A DNA stretch of 60,978 bases, counting the filler. It is 7 parts of 7 records of this genome, joined end to end, with 100 filler letters (N's around TTAATTAATTAA, not from the genome) between each part and the next. Parts side by side here need not be neighbours in the genome. Positions count along the whole stretch, not along the records: positions 17,716 to 27,241 come from SRR31156797_16496; positions 27,342 to 33,574 come from SRR31156797_16506; 5 more parts are not named here. One strand, written 5' to 3'. This document shows positions 18,943 to 30,443 of the stretch, piece by piece; position 1 is the stretch's first letter; each line of letters opens with the position of its first letter. The notes beneath the pieces are model-generated. The model was not told the origin of the DNA and did not search any database. It saw only the letters and a program-made list of their open reading frames with translations. The position numbers were made by a program, and so were the translations under genes.

Positions 18943-20412
18943 TTAGAATTTGAATCCAAAAGTCATTCGTAACTGATGATTCTTGTTGTTCAGTGTTACA
19001 ATATCACTTCCTTCATAAAATACGTAATCTTCATCGTACTCTTTGTATTGATATGCTAAATCAAAAAAGAAATTGTTTTGTTTAAATCCAAACCCTCCGG
19101 AATATAACTCGCAACTCTCATCTATTCTTCCTTTGTACGGATCGCCTATTTTTGCATATCCACCGCGTAAACTTATATTGTGCGACAATCTGTATTCTCC
19201 ACCAATTCTTAGGTTGTAAGTAGATTGGTAGGAATTAGCAATGTCTTGATTTAGACCGATGTAATCGTCACCATCAAATTCTGCATCCGAATAATCTATC
19301 ATTTCATAATCAACGCTTAAAATAGCTTTTTTACCAAAAAGATAAGCTCCACTAAGAATGGTTCTGAAAGGTGTTTCTAGGTCAAAGTTATTTCTAACTA
19401 CATTTTTAGAGTATTCTGCATGATATGCATTACCATCTTCTGGAAATTCAGGAGAACCACTCATTTCAGCACTGAACTGTGAACTCATAAAAGTATCATA
19501 TCGCTCATCTAAATTGTAATAAGTAGGAGTGTGAATAGCAGCTCCTAAACGTAAATTTGGAGTTGGGCGAAAAATAGCACCTATTTTAAAGTTTGCACCG
19601 GCACCAGTTGTTTTTTGAAATTCGCGAAAAGTAAATTCATCCAGAGCACTCTCATTAGGAATAACATTTCCGTCTAATCCAAAAATGGTTTCTTTATATG
19701 TTGTTGTTGATTTGTAATAAACATCTTGAATTCCAATGGTAGCACCCAAATATAATTTATGAGATATGTTTATTCCTGCCGAAAGAATGTATTCACCAAT
19801 ATATCCTTTTTCGTCGATATATTTCATTTGGTCCATTACATCATTTGCGTAAAGAACAGATTGATATGCCAAATCATCATCTGGATTGATAAGATAGGTA
19901 TCATAAGCCAATTGTTCTTCAAAAGGATATAAGTCATCAGGATTAGTTCCATTAGCCATATTTGCCCATAAATCTAAACGAGAGGTGGGTGATTCAATTG
20001 TCATTAAGAAACCTTCACGATTAAAGTTCGCCACTCGATTGTATCCAATAGCAAAATTAAAGTTCTGAATACCTTTGTTTGGTGCCATACGAGGAACTAC
20101 ACTACCAACGTAGCCTATATTTCCTATTGTAAAGCTATATTTATCTTCTGAAACATTACTGTTTTCAGATTTTGTTAATTCAAGAGATGGTGTAAATGTA
20201 AATTCTGAACTACGATAAACAGCAATCCCAGCAGGATTAATACTAAGACTGGAAAAATCACCACCTAGAGCTCCGAAGGCACCACCCATTGCAGTAGAAC
20301 GAGCTGTTCCGTTATATTCATGTTTAGAGAATCGTAATGCATCATCTATGGTTTGAGCGCTTACTGCTCCAACGATACATGTCATCATTAGAATTAAATA
20401 TATACGTTTCAT
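18943..20412 (-). CDS. OmpP1/FadL-family outer membrane protein (Bacteroidota type)
   Basis: Signal peptide, GTARSTAMGGAFGALGGD and NPAG hatch motifs, C-terminal TFGFKF. Confidence 0.88.
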   Translation of the reverse strand: MKRIYLILMMTCIVGAVSAQTIDDALRFSKHEYNGTARSTAMGGAFGALGGDFSSLSINPAGIAVYRSSEFTFTPSLELTKSENSNVSEDKYSFTIGNIGYVGSVVPRMAPNKGIQNFNFAIGYNRVANFNREGFLMTIESPTSRLDLWANMANGTNPDDLYPFEEQLAYDTYLINPDDDLAYQSVLYANDVMDQMKYIDEKGYIGEYILSAGINISHKLYLGATIGIQDVYYKSTTTYKETIFGLDGNVIPNESALDEFTFREFQKTTGAGANFKIGAIFRPTPNLRLGAAIHTPTYYNLDERYDTFMSSQFSAEMSGSPEFPEDGNAYHAEYSKNVVRNNFDLETPFRTILSGAYLFGKKAILSVDYEMIDYSDAEFDGDDYIGLNQDIANSYQSTYNLRIGGEYRLSHNISLRGGYAKIGDPYKGRIDESCELYSGGFGFKQNNFFFDLAYQYKEYDEDYVFYEGSDIVTLNNKNHQLRMTFGFKF

Positions 20413-20546
20413 ACTTTAAGATTTTAGTAATGGTAGTAGAGAACATTTGAAATCAGTATTAATGATTTCACTGTTCAATTAATTTTATATTTTTTTATTT
20501 ATAATCAAAGAGAGCTGGAGGACTTGCTCCCTTTGATTATACTATA

Positions 20547-20760
20547 TTATCTTCTTCGACTGCTTCCAGATGAACTTGATGAGCTTCCGGATGATCTTGA
20601 ACTACCTGATGACCTTGAGCTGCTTCCAGATGATCGATATGAACTACCTGAAGATCTTGAACTACTACCTGAAGATCTGTATGAGCTACCCGATGATCTA
20701 CTTGAGGATCTAGATGATCCACTCTTGTAGGTTCCAGATGATCTTGATCTACTTGAGGAA
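20547..20760 (-). repeat. Coding tandem repeat of about 21 nt (SSGSS[YS]R units)
   Basis: GAACTACCTGAAGATCT-type units repeated at the 3' end of the lipoprotein gene. Confidence 0.75.
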
Positions 20761-22073
20761 TTACTTCTTACTTTAGAGTACGTAGACTTACTTGTTGATC
20801 TATTTGAATACCCTGAATTTCTTGTACTTCTTGATGAATTGTAAGAAGGTCTGGTAGCTGTTCTTGTTTTATTATAACTTGGTGAGCTACTTCTTCTGGT
20901 ATTCGAATAAGTGCTCGATCTGTTAGAGTTATTTCCCGTTTTAGATCCATATCTGGTTCTTGAATATGAGTTTGTTCCATTTGAACTTCTTCTTGTGGAA
21001 GAATTGTTATAATTACTTCTTGAGGATGATCCACTTCTGTTGGCATTACTGTAGGTTCGTCTTGTTGAAGAACTATAGCGTGATGCTGCTCTACTTCTTC
21101 TTGTATCTGATGAAGTATAACTTGAAGCTCTTCTGGAACTGCTAGTTGTAGTTGCTTTAGTACCGGACGATGATCTTCTTGTTGATGCAGTTGTTCCTGC
21201 TTTGGAGCTTGACCTACGACTTAGGTTTGAATTACCCGTTGTACCAGCTTTATATCCTGAAGATCTTCTTGTACCTCGATAGGTCGGCGTGCCGTAGTAG
21301 CTTCCATGATTTCCAGCATAATGGTGATGATGATGTCCATTGCCATAATATCCATAGTAATGATTGTATGGGTAATAATGTCCATAATAGTTGTAAGGAT
21401 AACATCCTCCCCATGTAAAACTAGTACCCCAATACCAAGAATCCCATCCGAAACCTACTCCCCAACTGGAATATCCATATGGGTAATTATAGGCAAAGTA
21501 ATTACCATATCTCATAGTATGAAAATCATAGTAATTGTAAAGTCTGTGATTTGTCCAAGATGGAGTCCACCAAACATTATCACCATCAACGTATACATTC
21601 CAGTCTGGATTTCCTGCTAGCCACATAGCTAAACTGTAACCGCTACCATTATAATAGCCAAAACCCTGTGGATACATTTCTCGAAGTCTTGCAGCTTCTT
21701 GGGCATCACTATCAGATCCAGTAAATCCACCTAGGTAATAACCAGAATCTTCCGCTTTAAAAATCAAAGTGTCAACACTTCCGATAGAATCATTCTCTAA
21801 AATGGCAGCATATTGTTCCTGAATTTCTTTAAAGTTTCTGTCATCAACTTTTGATGTACTAATTTTTGGATTGGTTTTTGTTTGAGTTGTCTCTTTGCTA
21901 GCAGGTGCAAGCTGATTACTTTTAGGAGTAACTTCTACTTTTTGCACTAGTACAGGAGCATCGTTAGGGTTGTAATAAATATCGTCCTCATATAGGGCTG
22001 CACCCATATATGAAGGCGAACATCCTGTTGCAAACAGGGCTGAGATTAAAAGAATTTTGAAATAGGTTTTCAT
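20547..22073 (-). CDS. Hypothetical lipoprotein with Tyr/Gly/Trp-rich middle and Ser/Arg-rich disordered tail
   Basis: Lipobox ATGC, EDDIYY motif, His5 run and SSGSSYR/SSGSSSR repeats; divergent from proS, upstream of the FadL-type gene. Confidence 0.8.
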   Translation of the reverse strand: MKTYFKILLISALFATGCSPSYMGAALYEDDIYYNPNDAPVLVQKVEVTPKSNQLAPASKETTQTKTNPKISTSKVDDRNFKEIQEQYAAILENDSIGSVDTLIFKAEDSGYYLGGFTGSDSDAQEAARLREMYPQGFGYYNGSGYSLAMWLAGNPDWNVYVDGDNVWWTPSWTNHRLYNYYDFHTMRYGNYFAYNYPYGYSSWGVGFGWDSWYWGTSFTWGGCYPYNYYGHYYPYNHYYGYYGNGHHHHHYAGNHGSYYGTPTYRGTRRSSGYKAGTTGNSNLSRRSSSKAGTTASTRRSSSGTKATTTSSSRRASSYTSSDTRRSRAASRYSSSTRRTYSNANRSGSSSRSNYNNSSTRRSSNGTNSYSRTRYGSKTGNNSNRSSTYSNTRRSSSPSYNKTRTATRPSYNSSRSTRNSGYSNRSTSKSTYSKVRSNSSSRSRSSGTYKSGSSRSSSRSSGSSYRSSGSSSRSSGSSYRSSGSSSRSSGSSRSSGSSSSSSGSSRRR

Positions 22074-22174
22074 AGCTTGTCCTCCAGTTAATGAATATCT
22101 AAGATAATTTTATACTTTTGTAAGGAATTTTATTCAGCCTAAAAGTAGCAAATACTATACCAAAACTATATCGA

Positions 22175-23650
22175 ATGGCAAAAGTTTTAACGAGCAGAAG
22201 CGAAAATTATTCGCAATGGTATAACGATCTGGTTATCAAAGCAGATTTAGCAGAGAATTCTGCAGTAAGAGGATGTATGATCATAAAGCCTTACGGTTAT
22301 GCAATCTGGGAGAACATGCAAGCGGTACTTGACAAGATGTTCAAGGATACTGGGCATCAAAATGCATATTTTCCACTATTAATACCAAAATCATTTTTAA
22401 GCAAAGAGGCAGATCACGTTGAAGGATTTGCTAAAGAATGTGCAGTTGTAACACATTACCGTTTAAAAAATGATCCGCAGGGAAATGGAGTAGTTGTGGA
22501 TCCTGACGCTCGGTTGGAAGAAGAGTTAATTATACGACCTACGTCAGAAACGATTATTTGGAACACATATAAAAATTGGATTCAATCCTACAGAGATCTT
22601 CCTATTCTTTGTAATCAGTGGGCAAATGTTATGCGTTGGGAAATGCGTACTCGTTTGTTTTTAAGAACAGCTGAATTTTTGTGGCAAGAAGGACACACAG
22701 CGCATGCAACTGAACAAGAAGCATTGGTGGAGACCAAGCAGATGATTAATATCTATGGTGATTTTGCGGAGCAATATATGGGAGTTCCTGTATTGAAAGG
22801 TCACAAAACAGAATCAGAAAGATTCGCTGGTGCTCTTGATACTTATTGTATTGAAGCATTAATGCAAGATGGTAAAGCTCTTCAGGCTGGTACTTCTCAC
22901 TTTTTAGGACAGAATTTCGCGAAAGCATTTGATGTGAAGTTTGCAAACAAAGAAGGTAAAGAAGATTACGTTTGGGCTACTTCATGGGGAGTTTCAACTC
23001 GTTTGATGGGAGCATTAATTATGGCTCACTCCGATGATAATGGTTTGGTATTACCTCCAAAATTGGCTCCAATTCAAGTGGTAATCGTACCAATCTATCG
23101 TAAAGCGGAAGAATTGGAAAAAATTGCGGCTAAGATCGATCCAATTGTAGCTAAGTTAAAAACAATGGGTATTTCTGTTAAATTTGATGACAGTGATAAT
23201 CGTAAGCCAGGATGGAAATTTGCTGAGTACGAATTAAAAGGAGTACCGGTACGTTTGGCAATTGGTAATCGCGATTTGGAAAATGGAACCATTGAATTGG
23301 CTCGTCGTGATAATTTGACTAAGGAAACTTTACCTATTGATGGTATTGAAGAAGTTATTGAGAAATTATTAGTTGACATTCAAGATAATATTTTCAAGAA
23401 AGCTTTAGATTTTAGAGCGGAGAAAACAACTAAGGTTGATTCTTACGAAGAGTTTAAAGAGCTATTGGAAACAAAAACTGGTTTCTTCCTTGCACATTGG
23501 GATGGAACGGCAGAAACAGAAGAGAAGATTAAGAATGATACCAAAGCAACCATTCGTTGTATTCCTTTCGATGCAGAGAACGAAGAGGGTGTTTGTATGA
23601 TTTCTGGAAAACCTTCGAAGCAAAGAGTTGTATTTGCCAAGTCGTACTAG
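22175..23650 (+). CDS. proS: Proline--tRNA ligase (eukaryote/archaea-like type found in Bacteroidota)
   Basis: [49 protein letters not shown] and C-terminal FAKSY. Confidence 0.97.
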   Translation: MAKVLTSRSENYSQWYNDLVIKADLAENSAVRGCMIIKPYGYAIWENMQAVLDKMFKDTGHQNAYFPLLIPKSFLSKEADHVEGFAKECAVVTHYRLKNDPQGNGVVVDPDARLEEELIIRPTSETIIWNTYKNWIQSYRDLPILCNQWANVMRWEMRTRLFLRTAEFLWQEGHTAHATEQEALVETKQMINIYGDFAEQYMGVPVLKGHKTESERFAGALDTYCIEALMQDGKALQAGTSHFLGQNFAKAFDVKFANKEGKEDYVWATSWGVSTRLMGALIMAHSDDNGLVLPPKLAPIQVVIVPIYRKAEELEKIAAKIDPIVAKLKTMGISVKFDDSDNRKPGWKFAEYELKGVPVRLAIGNRDLENGTIELARRDNLTKETLPIDGIEEVIEKLLVDIQDNIFKKALDFRAEKTTKVDSYEEFKELLETKTGFFLAHWDGTAETEEKIKNDTKATIRCIPFDAENEEGVCMISGKPSKQRVVFAKSY

Positions 23651-23674
23651 AAAAATAGAATATACAATCATAAT

Positions 23675-23710
23675 AAAACAGTCATCGAATTTTCGGTGGC
23701 TGTTTTTTTG
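23675..23710 (+). terminator. Rho-independent terminator
   Basis: AAAACAGTCATCGA-ATTT-TCGGTGGCTGTTTTTTT. Confidence 0.75.
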
Positions 23711-23741
23711 TATATTTATAATCCTCTAAAACAACTATACA

Positions 23742-24425
23742 ATGAACATATTGAATACAAAAACTGCGATCCTTAATACAATTAGGGATAAAGCCACACT
23801 AAAACAAAAGGTTTATCAGAATACAAAGGATATTTTTGAAGATCTACGCAAAGTTTTGGAAGATCTGGTAATTGAATACAATGCAGAATTATTAGATGCG
23901 GATGAAAAGGTATTGTTGGAATATGAAGACAAAGGTGAGTTCGAATTTCAAATAAAGGTTGCTTCGGATATCTTAATATTTAGTTTACATACCAATGTTT
24001 TTCAGTTCAATAGGGATCACAATGTTTGGGAACAAAACTATGTGAAAAGTAATCCCGATAATGCTTATTCCGGTATAATAAACATCTATAATTTCCTTGC
24101 TGATTCCTTTAAGTACACACGATACGAGGATTTAGGCTATTTGGTAGCTCGTATTTTTATTAATCGAGAAAAGCACTTTATTGTTGAAGGTAAGAGACAA
24201 ATGGGTTTGTTGCAAACTGATTTATCAGCAAGTAAGGCAAATAAGGAAAGTTTACGAGTAATAGTAGAAACTGCTATCAACTATTCTTTAAATTTTGATT
24301 TGTTGGTGCCACCATACGACAATGTTAAAATCATGTCGGTTGCACAGATTTTTGAGAAAATACAGAACGCCAGAATTCCAACAGGAAAAAGATTAGGATT
24401 TCAGTTTAAGTCGGATGATGTTTAA
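23742..24425 (+). CDS. Hypothetical protein
   Basis: 227-aa ORF with normal composition between proS and pepT; no motif recognised. Confidence 0.8.
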   Translation: MNILNTKTAILNTIRDKATLKQKVYQNTKDIFEDLRKVLEDLVIEYNAELLDADEKVLLEYEDKGEFEFQIKVASDILIFSLHTNVFQFNRDHNVWEQNYVKSNPDNAYSGIINIYNFLADSFKYTRYEDLGYLVARIFINREKHFIVEGKRQMGLLQTDLSASKANKESLRVIVETAINYSLNFDLLVPPYDNVKIMSVAQIFEKIQNARIPTGKRLGFQFKSDDV

Positions 24426-24527
24426 ATTGAAAAGAGATAGAATTTTAAAATATCATTTGTAATATTGTAACGCTTCACCAATTACTGGGAAGCGTTTATT
24501 TATGCATTATTAAAACAAACACTAGAT

Positions 24528-25754
24528 ATGAGTACCGTAACCGATAAATTTATCCGATACGTAAAATTTGACACAGAATCGGATACAGAAACAGGATTAA
24601 CTCCAAGTACTCCAGGTCAAATGGTTTTGGCTGAGGAATTGAGAAATGAATTGGAAGAAATTGGTCTTGAAAATGTGAGTTTAGATGAGAATGGCTATCT
24701 AATGGGAACACTTCCATCCAATTTAGATCATGAAGTACCTGCAATTGGTTTTGTTGCTCACATGGATACAAGCCCCGATTTTTCAGGTAAAAATGTAAAC
24801 CCTCAGTTTGTTGAGAACTACAATGGAGAAGATATTGTCTTAAATCAGGCAGAGAATATTGTAATGAAAGTGGCAGATTTTCCTGAATTAACACAATACA
24901 AAGGACAAACTTTGATTACTACAGACGGTACTACGCTATTAGGTGCCGATGACAAAGCGGGAGTTGCCGAGATAATTACCGCAATAGAATATTTAGCAAA
25001 GCATCCTGAAATTAAGCATGGAACTGTTCATATTGGTTTTACACCTGATGAGGAAATTGGTAAAGGAGCGGATTTTTTCAACGTAAAAAAATTCGGAGCC
25101 GAGTTTGCTTATACATTGGATGGTGGTGAAATAGGAGAGTTGCAGTATGAAAATTTCAATGCTGCTTTTGCTAAAATAACCTTTAAAGGCAGAAATGTTC
25201 ATCCGGGAATGGCTAAGGATAAAATGATCAACTCGATGTTGATTGCCAATGAATATCTTACACGATTACCGAAAGAAGAAGTTCCTGAAAAGACCGAAAA
25301 CTACCAGGGATTTTATCACTTGATTTCTATGGATGGTGGAGTAGAGAGTTCAACTCTTCAATACATTATTCGTGATTTTGATATGGATAATTACGAATCT
25401 CGCAAGAAATTTGTTCAAGATTTGTGTGAGGAATTCAATCAAAAGTATGGCGAGGGAACTGTAAGTATTGAGATGACCAACCAGTATTACAATATGCGTG
25501 AAAAGGTGGAGCCGGTAAAATACATAGTTGATATAGCGGAAGAAGCCATGAAACAAGTAGGGGTTGATCCTATGGTGATTCCTATTCGTGGAGGAACTGA
25601 TGGCAGCCGATTATCGTATATGGGCTTACCTTGTCCGAATATTTTTGCTGGAGGACATAACTTTCATGGACGATTTGAATACGTTCCAGTTGAATCTATG
25701 GAGAAAGCAGTTGAGGTAATTCTTAAAATTGTAGAGCTAATCTCCAAACGGTAG
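24528..25754 (+). CDS. pepT: Peptidase T (M20 tripeptide aminopeptidase)
   Basis: [33 protein letters not shown] and GGHNFHG. Confidence 0.97.
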   Translation: MSTVTDKFIRYVKFDTESDTETGLTPSTPGQMVLAEELRNELEEIGLENVSLDENGYLMGTLPSNLDHEVPAIGFVAHMDTSPDFSGKNVNPQFVENYNGEDIVLNQAENIVMKVADFPELTQYKGQTLITTDGTTLLGADDKAGVAEIITAIEYLAKHPEIKHGTVHIGFTPDEEIGKGADFFNVKKFGAEFAYTLDGGEIGELQYENFNAAFAKITFKGRNVHPGMAKDKMINSMLIANEYLTRLPKEEVPEKTENYQGFYHLISMDGGVESSTLQYIIRDFDMDNYESRKKFVQDLCEEFNQKYGEGTVSIEMTNQYYNMREKVEPVKYIVDIAEEAMKQVGVDPMVIPIRGGTDGSRLSYMGLPCPNIFAGGHNFHGRFEYVPVESMEKAVEVILKIVELISKR

Positions 25755-25774
25755 TTAGAATAAATATTATAAGT

Positions 25775-25802
25775 AAAAGCAACCCAATTGGTTGCTTTTT
25801 TT
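25775..25802 (+). terminator. Rho-independent terminator
   Basis: AAAAGCAACC-CAATT-GGTTGCTTTTTTT. Confidence 0.75.
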
Positions 25803-25903
25803 GCATCTAAATAATTGCTACATTTAAAGGACTCGAATTGATAAATAGGGATTCCTGTTTGCAAAAGGAACTGTATCCTTATAAATGAAAAAAGAAATTC
25901 TTA

Positions 25904-27241
25904 ATGAAAAAGAGTTTACTAGCGATATGTTATTTTCTATTAATAGTACTGCATGCCAATGCTCAAAAAGAGATTCGAGTTGGAGCATTCAATTATTATC
26001 CTGCCATATATCAAGATACCGATGGAGAAATAAAGGGTTTTTATGTTGACGCATTTAAAGAAATTGAGGAAAAAGAAAATTTACAATTTAAATATGTCTT
26101 TGGTTCGTGGGATCAATGTTTGCAACGTATAAAAGATGAGGAAGTTGATTTTTTAGTTAGTGTGGCATACACTGAAGAAAGAGTACTCTTTATGGATTTT
26201 GCATCGGTGCCATTGTTAACGGTTTGGGGAGAGGTGTATGTTAATTCTTCTTCAAATATTGATGGAATTCGTGATTTAGAAGACAAAAAAGTAGCTATCA
26301 TGAAAGCGGATATTAATTCCTGGAATTTGCAGGAATTAACAAGAAAGCTATCCGTTAACTGCACCTTTGTCTATGGAGAGGATTCTGATGATGTTTTTAG
26401 TAAAGTGGCTACGAATAAGGTGGATGCAGGAGTTGTGAACAATACATTTGGAGCAGCAAAATCCAGAGAGTATGATTTGCATTCAAGTGGGATTATTTTT
26501 AATCCTTTTGATATTTACTTTACGGTTAAAAAGGGGAAAAATAAAGACATATTAAACTTACTGAATCAATATTTAGAGGAGTGGAAATACAAGAGTAATT
26601 CAGTTTACAATATAGCTAGACGAAAGTGGTCGCATGGTGATGTTGGAACCATACAGATTTTTCCTAAATGGTTAAAAAATGCGATTATTCTGGTTGTTGG
26701 TCTGTTAATTGTTTTAGTAAGCTTTTTGGTTTTATTACGTTACCGAGTAAATGTTGCGACCCAAAAGGTTAAAAATACAGAGGAAAAATTAAGTAGAGCT
26801 ATTTTATTTGCTCCAGTCCCTATAATAATTCATGCTGAAGATGGAGAGATAATTGCCATTAGTGATTCATGGACAGAAATAAGTGGTTATTCCCATAAGG
26901 ACATTCCTACAATTTCAGATTGGACAGAAAAAGCATACAGACAAAAAAGTACAGTTGTTAAAGAATATATCGATCGACTTTATTCATACAATAAGAAAAT
27001 TGAGGATGGAGAGTTCGAAATATTTACTTCTACTGGAAAGAAGGTGATTTGGGATTTTAGTTCTGCTCCATTAGGAACTTTTGACGATGGCAGAAGACTT
27101 GTTATTTCAATGGCAAAAGATGTTACTGTACGAAAGTCCTATGAATCGGAATTAATTACTGCAAAAGAGCGAGCAGTTAAAAGTGATTTACTAAAATCCG
27201 CCTTCCTGGCAAATATGAGTCACGAAATTCGTACTCCAATG
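25904..27241 (+). CDS. Sensor histidine kinase with periplasmic substrate-binding and PAS domains, 3'-truncated
   Basis: PBP family-3-like N-domain, TM helix, PAS domain, and H-box FLANMSHEIRTPM at the contig edge. Confidence 0.9.
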
Positions 27242-27341
27242 NNNNNNNNNNNNNNNNNNNNNNNNNNNNNNNNNNNNNNNNNNNNTTAATTAATTAANNN
27301 NNNNNNNNNNNNNNNNNNNNNNNNNNNNNNNNNNNNNNNNN
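27242..27341. other. Artificial contig-joining spacer
   Basis: N-run with TTAATTAATTAA. Confidence 0.99.
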
Positions 27342-27342
27342 T

Positions 27343-28266
27343 AAAAACTTTGATAAAAGTATAAAACTTGCAGGTGTGATATTCAATAAGGTGGCAGGAG
27401 AAAGTCATTTCGAATTTCTAGAAGAAGCGGCTAATGATGCGGGCGTAGAAGTTTTGGGTTACATTCCCCGTGATAACCGTTTGTCAATTGAATCGCGTCA
27501 TTTAGGACTGCATTTACCAAACGAGTATAAAAATATTGAAATTATTAACATAGCAGCTGAGTTGATCGAAAAACACGTGGAGGTGGAAAAACTTCTTTCT
27601 GCTACCAAAAGCACGCATGTATTTCGTAAAAAAAAGACAGAACTACACAAGGATGCAGCTTTAAAAATAGCCCTGGCGAACGATGATGCTTTTAATTTTT
27701 CGTACCAGGCCAATAAAGATGTGTTGATGCAAATGGGGCAATTGGTTGAATTTAGTCCAATCTATGATATGGAATTGCCTGAATGCGATTTAGTATGGTT
27801 GCCCGGTGGGTATCCCGAATTATTTGCGAAACAGCTAGCTCAAAACCAGGCGATAAAAAAGGCCATAATAAAGCATGTGGCTGTAGGTAAAGCATTAGTT
27901 GCAGAATGTGGGGGAATGATGTATCTGGGGAAAAATATTTCTACAAAAGATGGACAAAAATATGAGATGACTGGTGTTTTTGATTTTGATACTTCATTTG
28001 AAGATATGAGGCTACATTTGGGGTATCGCGAACTTTCAAAAGAAAAATTAACCATTCACGGACACGAATTTCATTATTCAGAATTAAGAAGTAAGGAGAT
28101 GGATTGTGCTGGTTTTGAGGCAAAAACAGCACGCGGCAAGATTGTGGATATGCCGGTATTCAGAACCCAAAACTGTTGGGCATCGTATATGCACCTCTAT
28201 TTAGGTGAACCCTGCAAAATGCAACAATTTTTAAAAGAACTTGGATTATGCAACAAGGTAAAATAG
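27343..28266 (+). CDS. cbiA: Cobyrinate a,c-diamide synthase, 5'-truncated
   Basis: ESRHLGL, LPGGYPEL, AECGGMMYL, GHEFHYS and SYMHLY; frame open from the contig edge. Confidence 0.92.
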   Translation, partial: KNFDKSIKLAGVIFNKVAGESHFEFLEEAANDAGVEVLGYIPRDNRLSIESRHLGLHLPNEYKNIEIINIAAELIEKHVEVEKLLSATKSTHVFRKKKTELHKDAALKIALANDDAFNFSYQANKDVLMQMGQLVEFSPIYDMELPECDLVWLPGGYPELFAKQLAQNQAIKKAIIKHVAVGKALVAECGGMMYLGKNISTKDGQKYEMTGVFDFDTSFEDMRLHLGYRELSKEKLTIHGHEFHYSELRSKEMDCAGFEAKTARGKIVDMPVFRTQNCWASYMHLYLGEPCKMQQFLKELGLCNKVK

Positions 28267-28940
28267 TTGGTGTTGGACTTGGGCCTGGCGATCCGGAGTT
28301 GATTACTGTTAAAGGATTAAAAGCTTTGCAGAAAGCCGATGTGGTTTTTTATCCTGCTACCGATATTACAGAAGAAGGACAGGTTTCTTTTTCTGCAAGG
28401 ATATTAGATGCTTTAAACCTTCGCGTTTCCTGTCAACCGCTTTTAATTCCGATGTCGGGGAAAAACCGGGACAAGCATTACCGTGAAGCATTTGAAATTA
28501 TTAAGCAAAATTACAATGAAAGGAAAAATGTGGTTGTGGTTTCGGAGGGTGATATCCTTTTTTACAGCACCTTCGGGTATCTTCTGAAACTGATTGTTGA
28601 TGCTGGAATTGATTATGAACTTATCCCGGGAATACCTGCGTTTATTGCTGCAGGAGCACAAGGCATTCAAGCAATAAGCGAGGGGAATCAGACTTTTAAC
28701 GTGATTGCCCGTCCCGATAATTTTATACAAATAGAAGAAGCAATTAAAAACAGTCAAACGCTTGTTGTGATGAAAATGAGCGTATTAAACGGATGGTACA
28801 ACTTTTTGGAAAAGAGTAATAAAACATTCTTATATGTCGAACGGGTTGGAACAGCACAACAATTTTCAACTACCGATGCAAAGGAGCTGGAACACCGTAG
28901 AATCCCATATTTCTCATTAATTATTATTTATGGATACTAA
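28248..28940 (+). CDS. cbiL: Precorrin-2/cobalt-factor II C20-methyltransferase
   Basis: GVGLGPGDPELITVKG, EGDILFYSTF, VVMK and PYFSLII. Confidence 0.88.
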   Translation: MQQGKIVGVGLGPGDPELITVKGLKALQKADVVFYPATDITEEGQVSFSARILDALNLRVSCQPLLIPMSGKNRDKHYREAFEIIKQNYNERKNVVVVSEGDILFYSTFGYLLKLIVDAGIDYELIPGIPAFIAAGAQGIQAISEGNQTFNVIARPDNFIQIEEAIKNSQTLVVMKMSVLNGWYNFLEKSNKTFLYVERVGTAQQFSTTDAKELEHRRIPYFSLIIIYGY

Positions 28941-30333
28941 AATTTACAGTATTGGAATAGGACCGGGACAAGAACAATTTCTTACCCCCCAGGCTAAATA
29001 TGCCATCGAAGTAGCCGATGTAATTGTAGGATACAGCTATTATTTTCAGCATATAGAGCAGTTTACAGCTGGAAAAGAACTGGTGGATACAGGAATGAAA
29101 AAAGAGCGCCAACGTGCGCAAAAAGCTTTTGAACTGGCAGAAGAAGGAAAGACTGTTGCGGTTATTAGTAGTGGTGATTCGGGAGTTTACGGAATGGCTC
29201 CGTTGCTTTGGGAGATGAAAGCTGAGCGAAATTCAGAGATCGAACTGGAAGTGATTCCGGGCATATCGGCCATGTTTGCTGCTGCTGCCAAATTAGGGGC
29301 ACCACTTGGCCATGATTTCTGTTCCATATCAATGTCGGATTTACTAACGCCCTGGGAAAAAATAGAGAAACGTATTGTTGCGGCAGCTGAAGCCGATTTT
29401 GTAACAGCCGTATATAATCCGTTGAGCAAAGGCCGGTTTTGGCAGTTAATGCGTTTACGGGATCTTTTTCTGGAAACGCGCTTGCCCGATACTCCAGTTG
29501 GTATTGCCCGAAATGTTGGTCGTAACGACGAACACATTGAAGTTATAAAACTGGTTGAACTGGATGCTTCAAAGGCCGATATGTTTACGGTAATTGTAAT
29601 TGGTAACAGCCAAACTTTTTCGTACCAGAATAAAATGGTTACACCTCGCGGATATTATGCATGCAACGCGCAAAGCACTGACAAACCCGGACGGAAGATT
29701 ATGAATGAGAGTTTTAGAACGATACTTGAACAAATTGATACATCTCGAAATTCGCTTGCTCATACATGGGTGGCTCTGCACTGTATACATACCACTGCCG
29801 ATTTTAGCTTAAACCAATCAGTTGAATTAAACAACAATGTGGTTGAACACCTGCACCAGCATTTATATTCAGAAAAACCACCTGTAATTGTTACGGATGT
29901 ATCAATGGTGACCCGTGGTATACGTAAGGCAATAGCAGAGAAGCTTGGCTTACAAATAAAATGTTATCTGGATGATAAGCGGGTAGAAAAAATGGCATAT
30001 GAAAAGAATATTACCCGAACGCAAGCGGGCATTCAACTGGCCGTTAAGGAACACCCCGAAGCATTATTTGCATTTGGAAACGCTCCAACCGCTTTAATTG
30101 AACTGGTAAAACTAATTAGAAAAGGAAAAGCAAATCCGGTTGGTGTAATTGCTGCCCCAGTTGGATTTGTAAACGTAAAAGAAAGTAAGTGGCAGTTAAA
30201 ATACGGATGTCCCGAAATTCCAGCCGTTTTTATTAACGGGCGAAAAGGAGGCAGTAACGTTGCAGCAACTATTATCAATGCTATTTTAAGCTGGAATGAA
30301 GCAGAACAAATGCATCCGGGAGAAGGAGTTTAA
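28930..30333 (+). CDS. cbiH: Fusion of precorrin-3B C17-methyltransferase (CbiH/CobJ) and precorrin-8X methylmutase (CbiC/CobH)
   Basis: N-half: GIGPG, SSGDSGVYGMA, GAPLGHDF, TPRGY. C-half: IHTTADF, GNAPTAL, PVGFVNVKESK, GRKGGSNVAA. Confidence 0.92.
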   Translation: MDTKIYSIGIGPGQEQFLTPQAKYAIEVADVIVGYSYYFQHIEQFTAGKELVDTGMKKERQRAQKAFELAEEGKTVAVISSGDSGVYGMAPLLWEMKAERNSEIELEVIPGISAMFAAAAKLGAPLGHDFCSISMSDLLTPWEKIEKRIVAAAEADFVTAVYNPLSKGRFWQLMRLRDLFLETRLPDTPVGIARNVGRNDEHIEVIKLVELDASKADMFTVIVIGNSQTFSYQNKMVTPRGYYACNAQSTDKPGRKIMNESFRTILEQIDTSRNSLAHTWVALHCIHTTADFSLNQSVELNNNVVEHLHQHLYSEKPPVIVTDVSMVTRGIRKAIAEKLGLQIKCYLDDKRVEKMAYEKNITRTQAGIQLAVKEHPEALFAFGNAPTALIELVKLIRKGKANPVGVIAAPVGFVNVKESKWQLKYGCPEIPAVFINGRKGGSNVAATIINAILSWNEAEQMHPGEGV

Positions 30334-30443
30334 GTAAAATAAAACAAGAGTAAAAAAAGGAGATTAAGGCAAAATAATTTTGATTTGTGTATTGATCTCT
30401 GTTCCTGATTTTTTAGGCAAAAGAAACGAACAACTTGAATTAG

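Noticed and set aside
20524-20730. LPDDLEL-repeat ORF on the plus strand
   Set aside because: Antisense reading of the Ser/Arg repeat tail of the lipoprotein.
30334-30443. Cobalamin riboswitch within the cob operon
   Set aside because: Short AT-rich spacer without B12-box or conserved stems.
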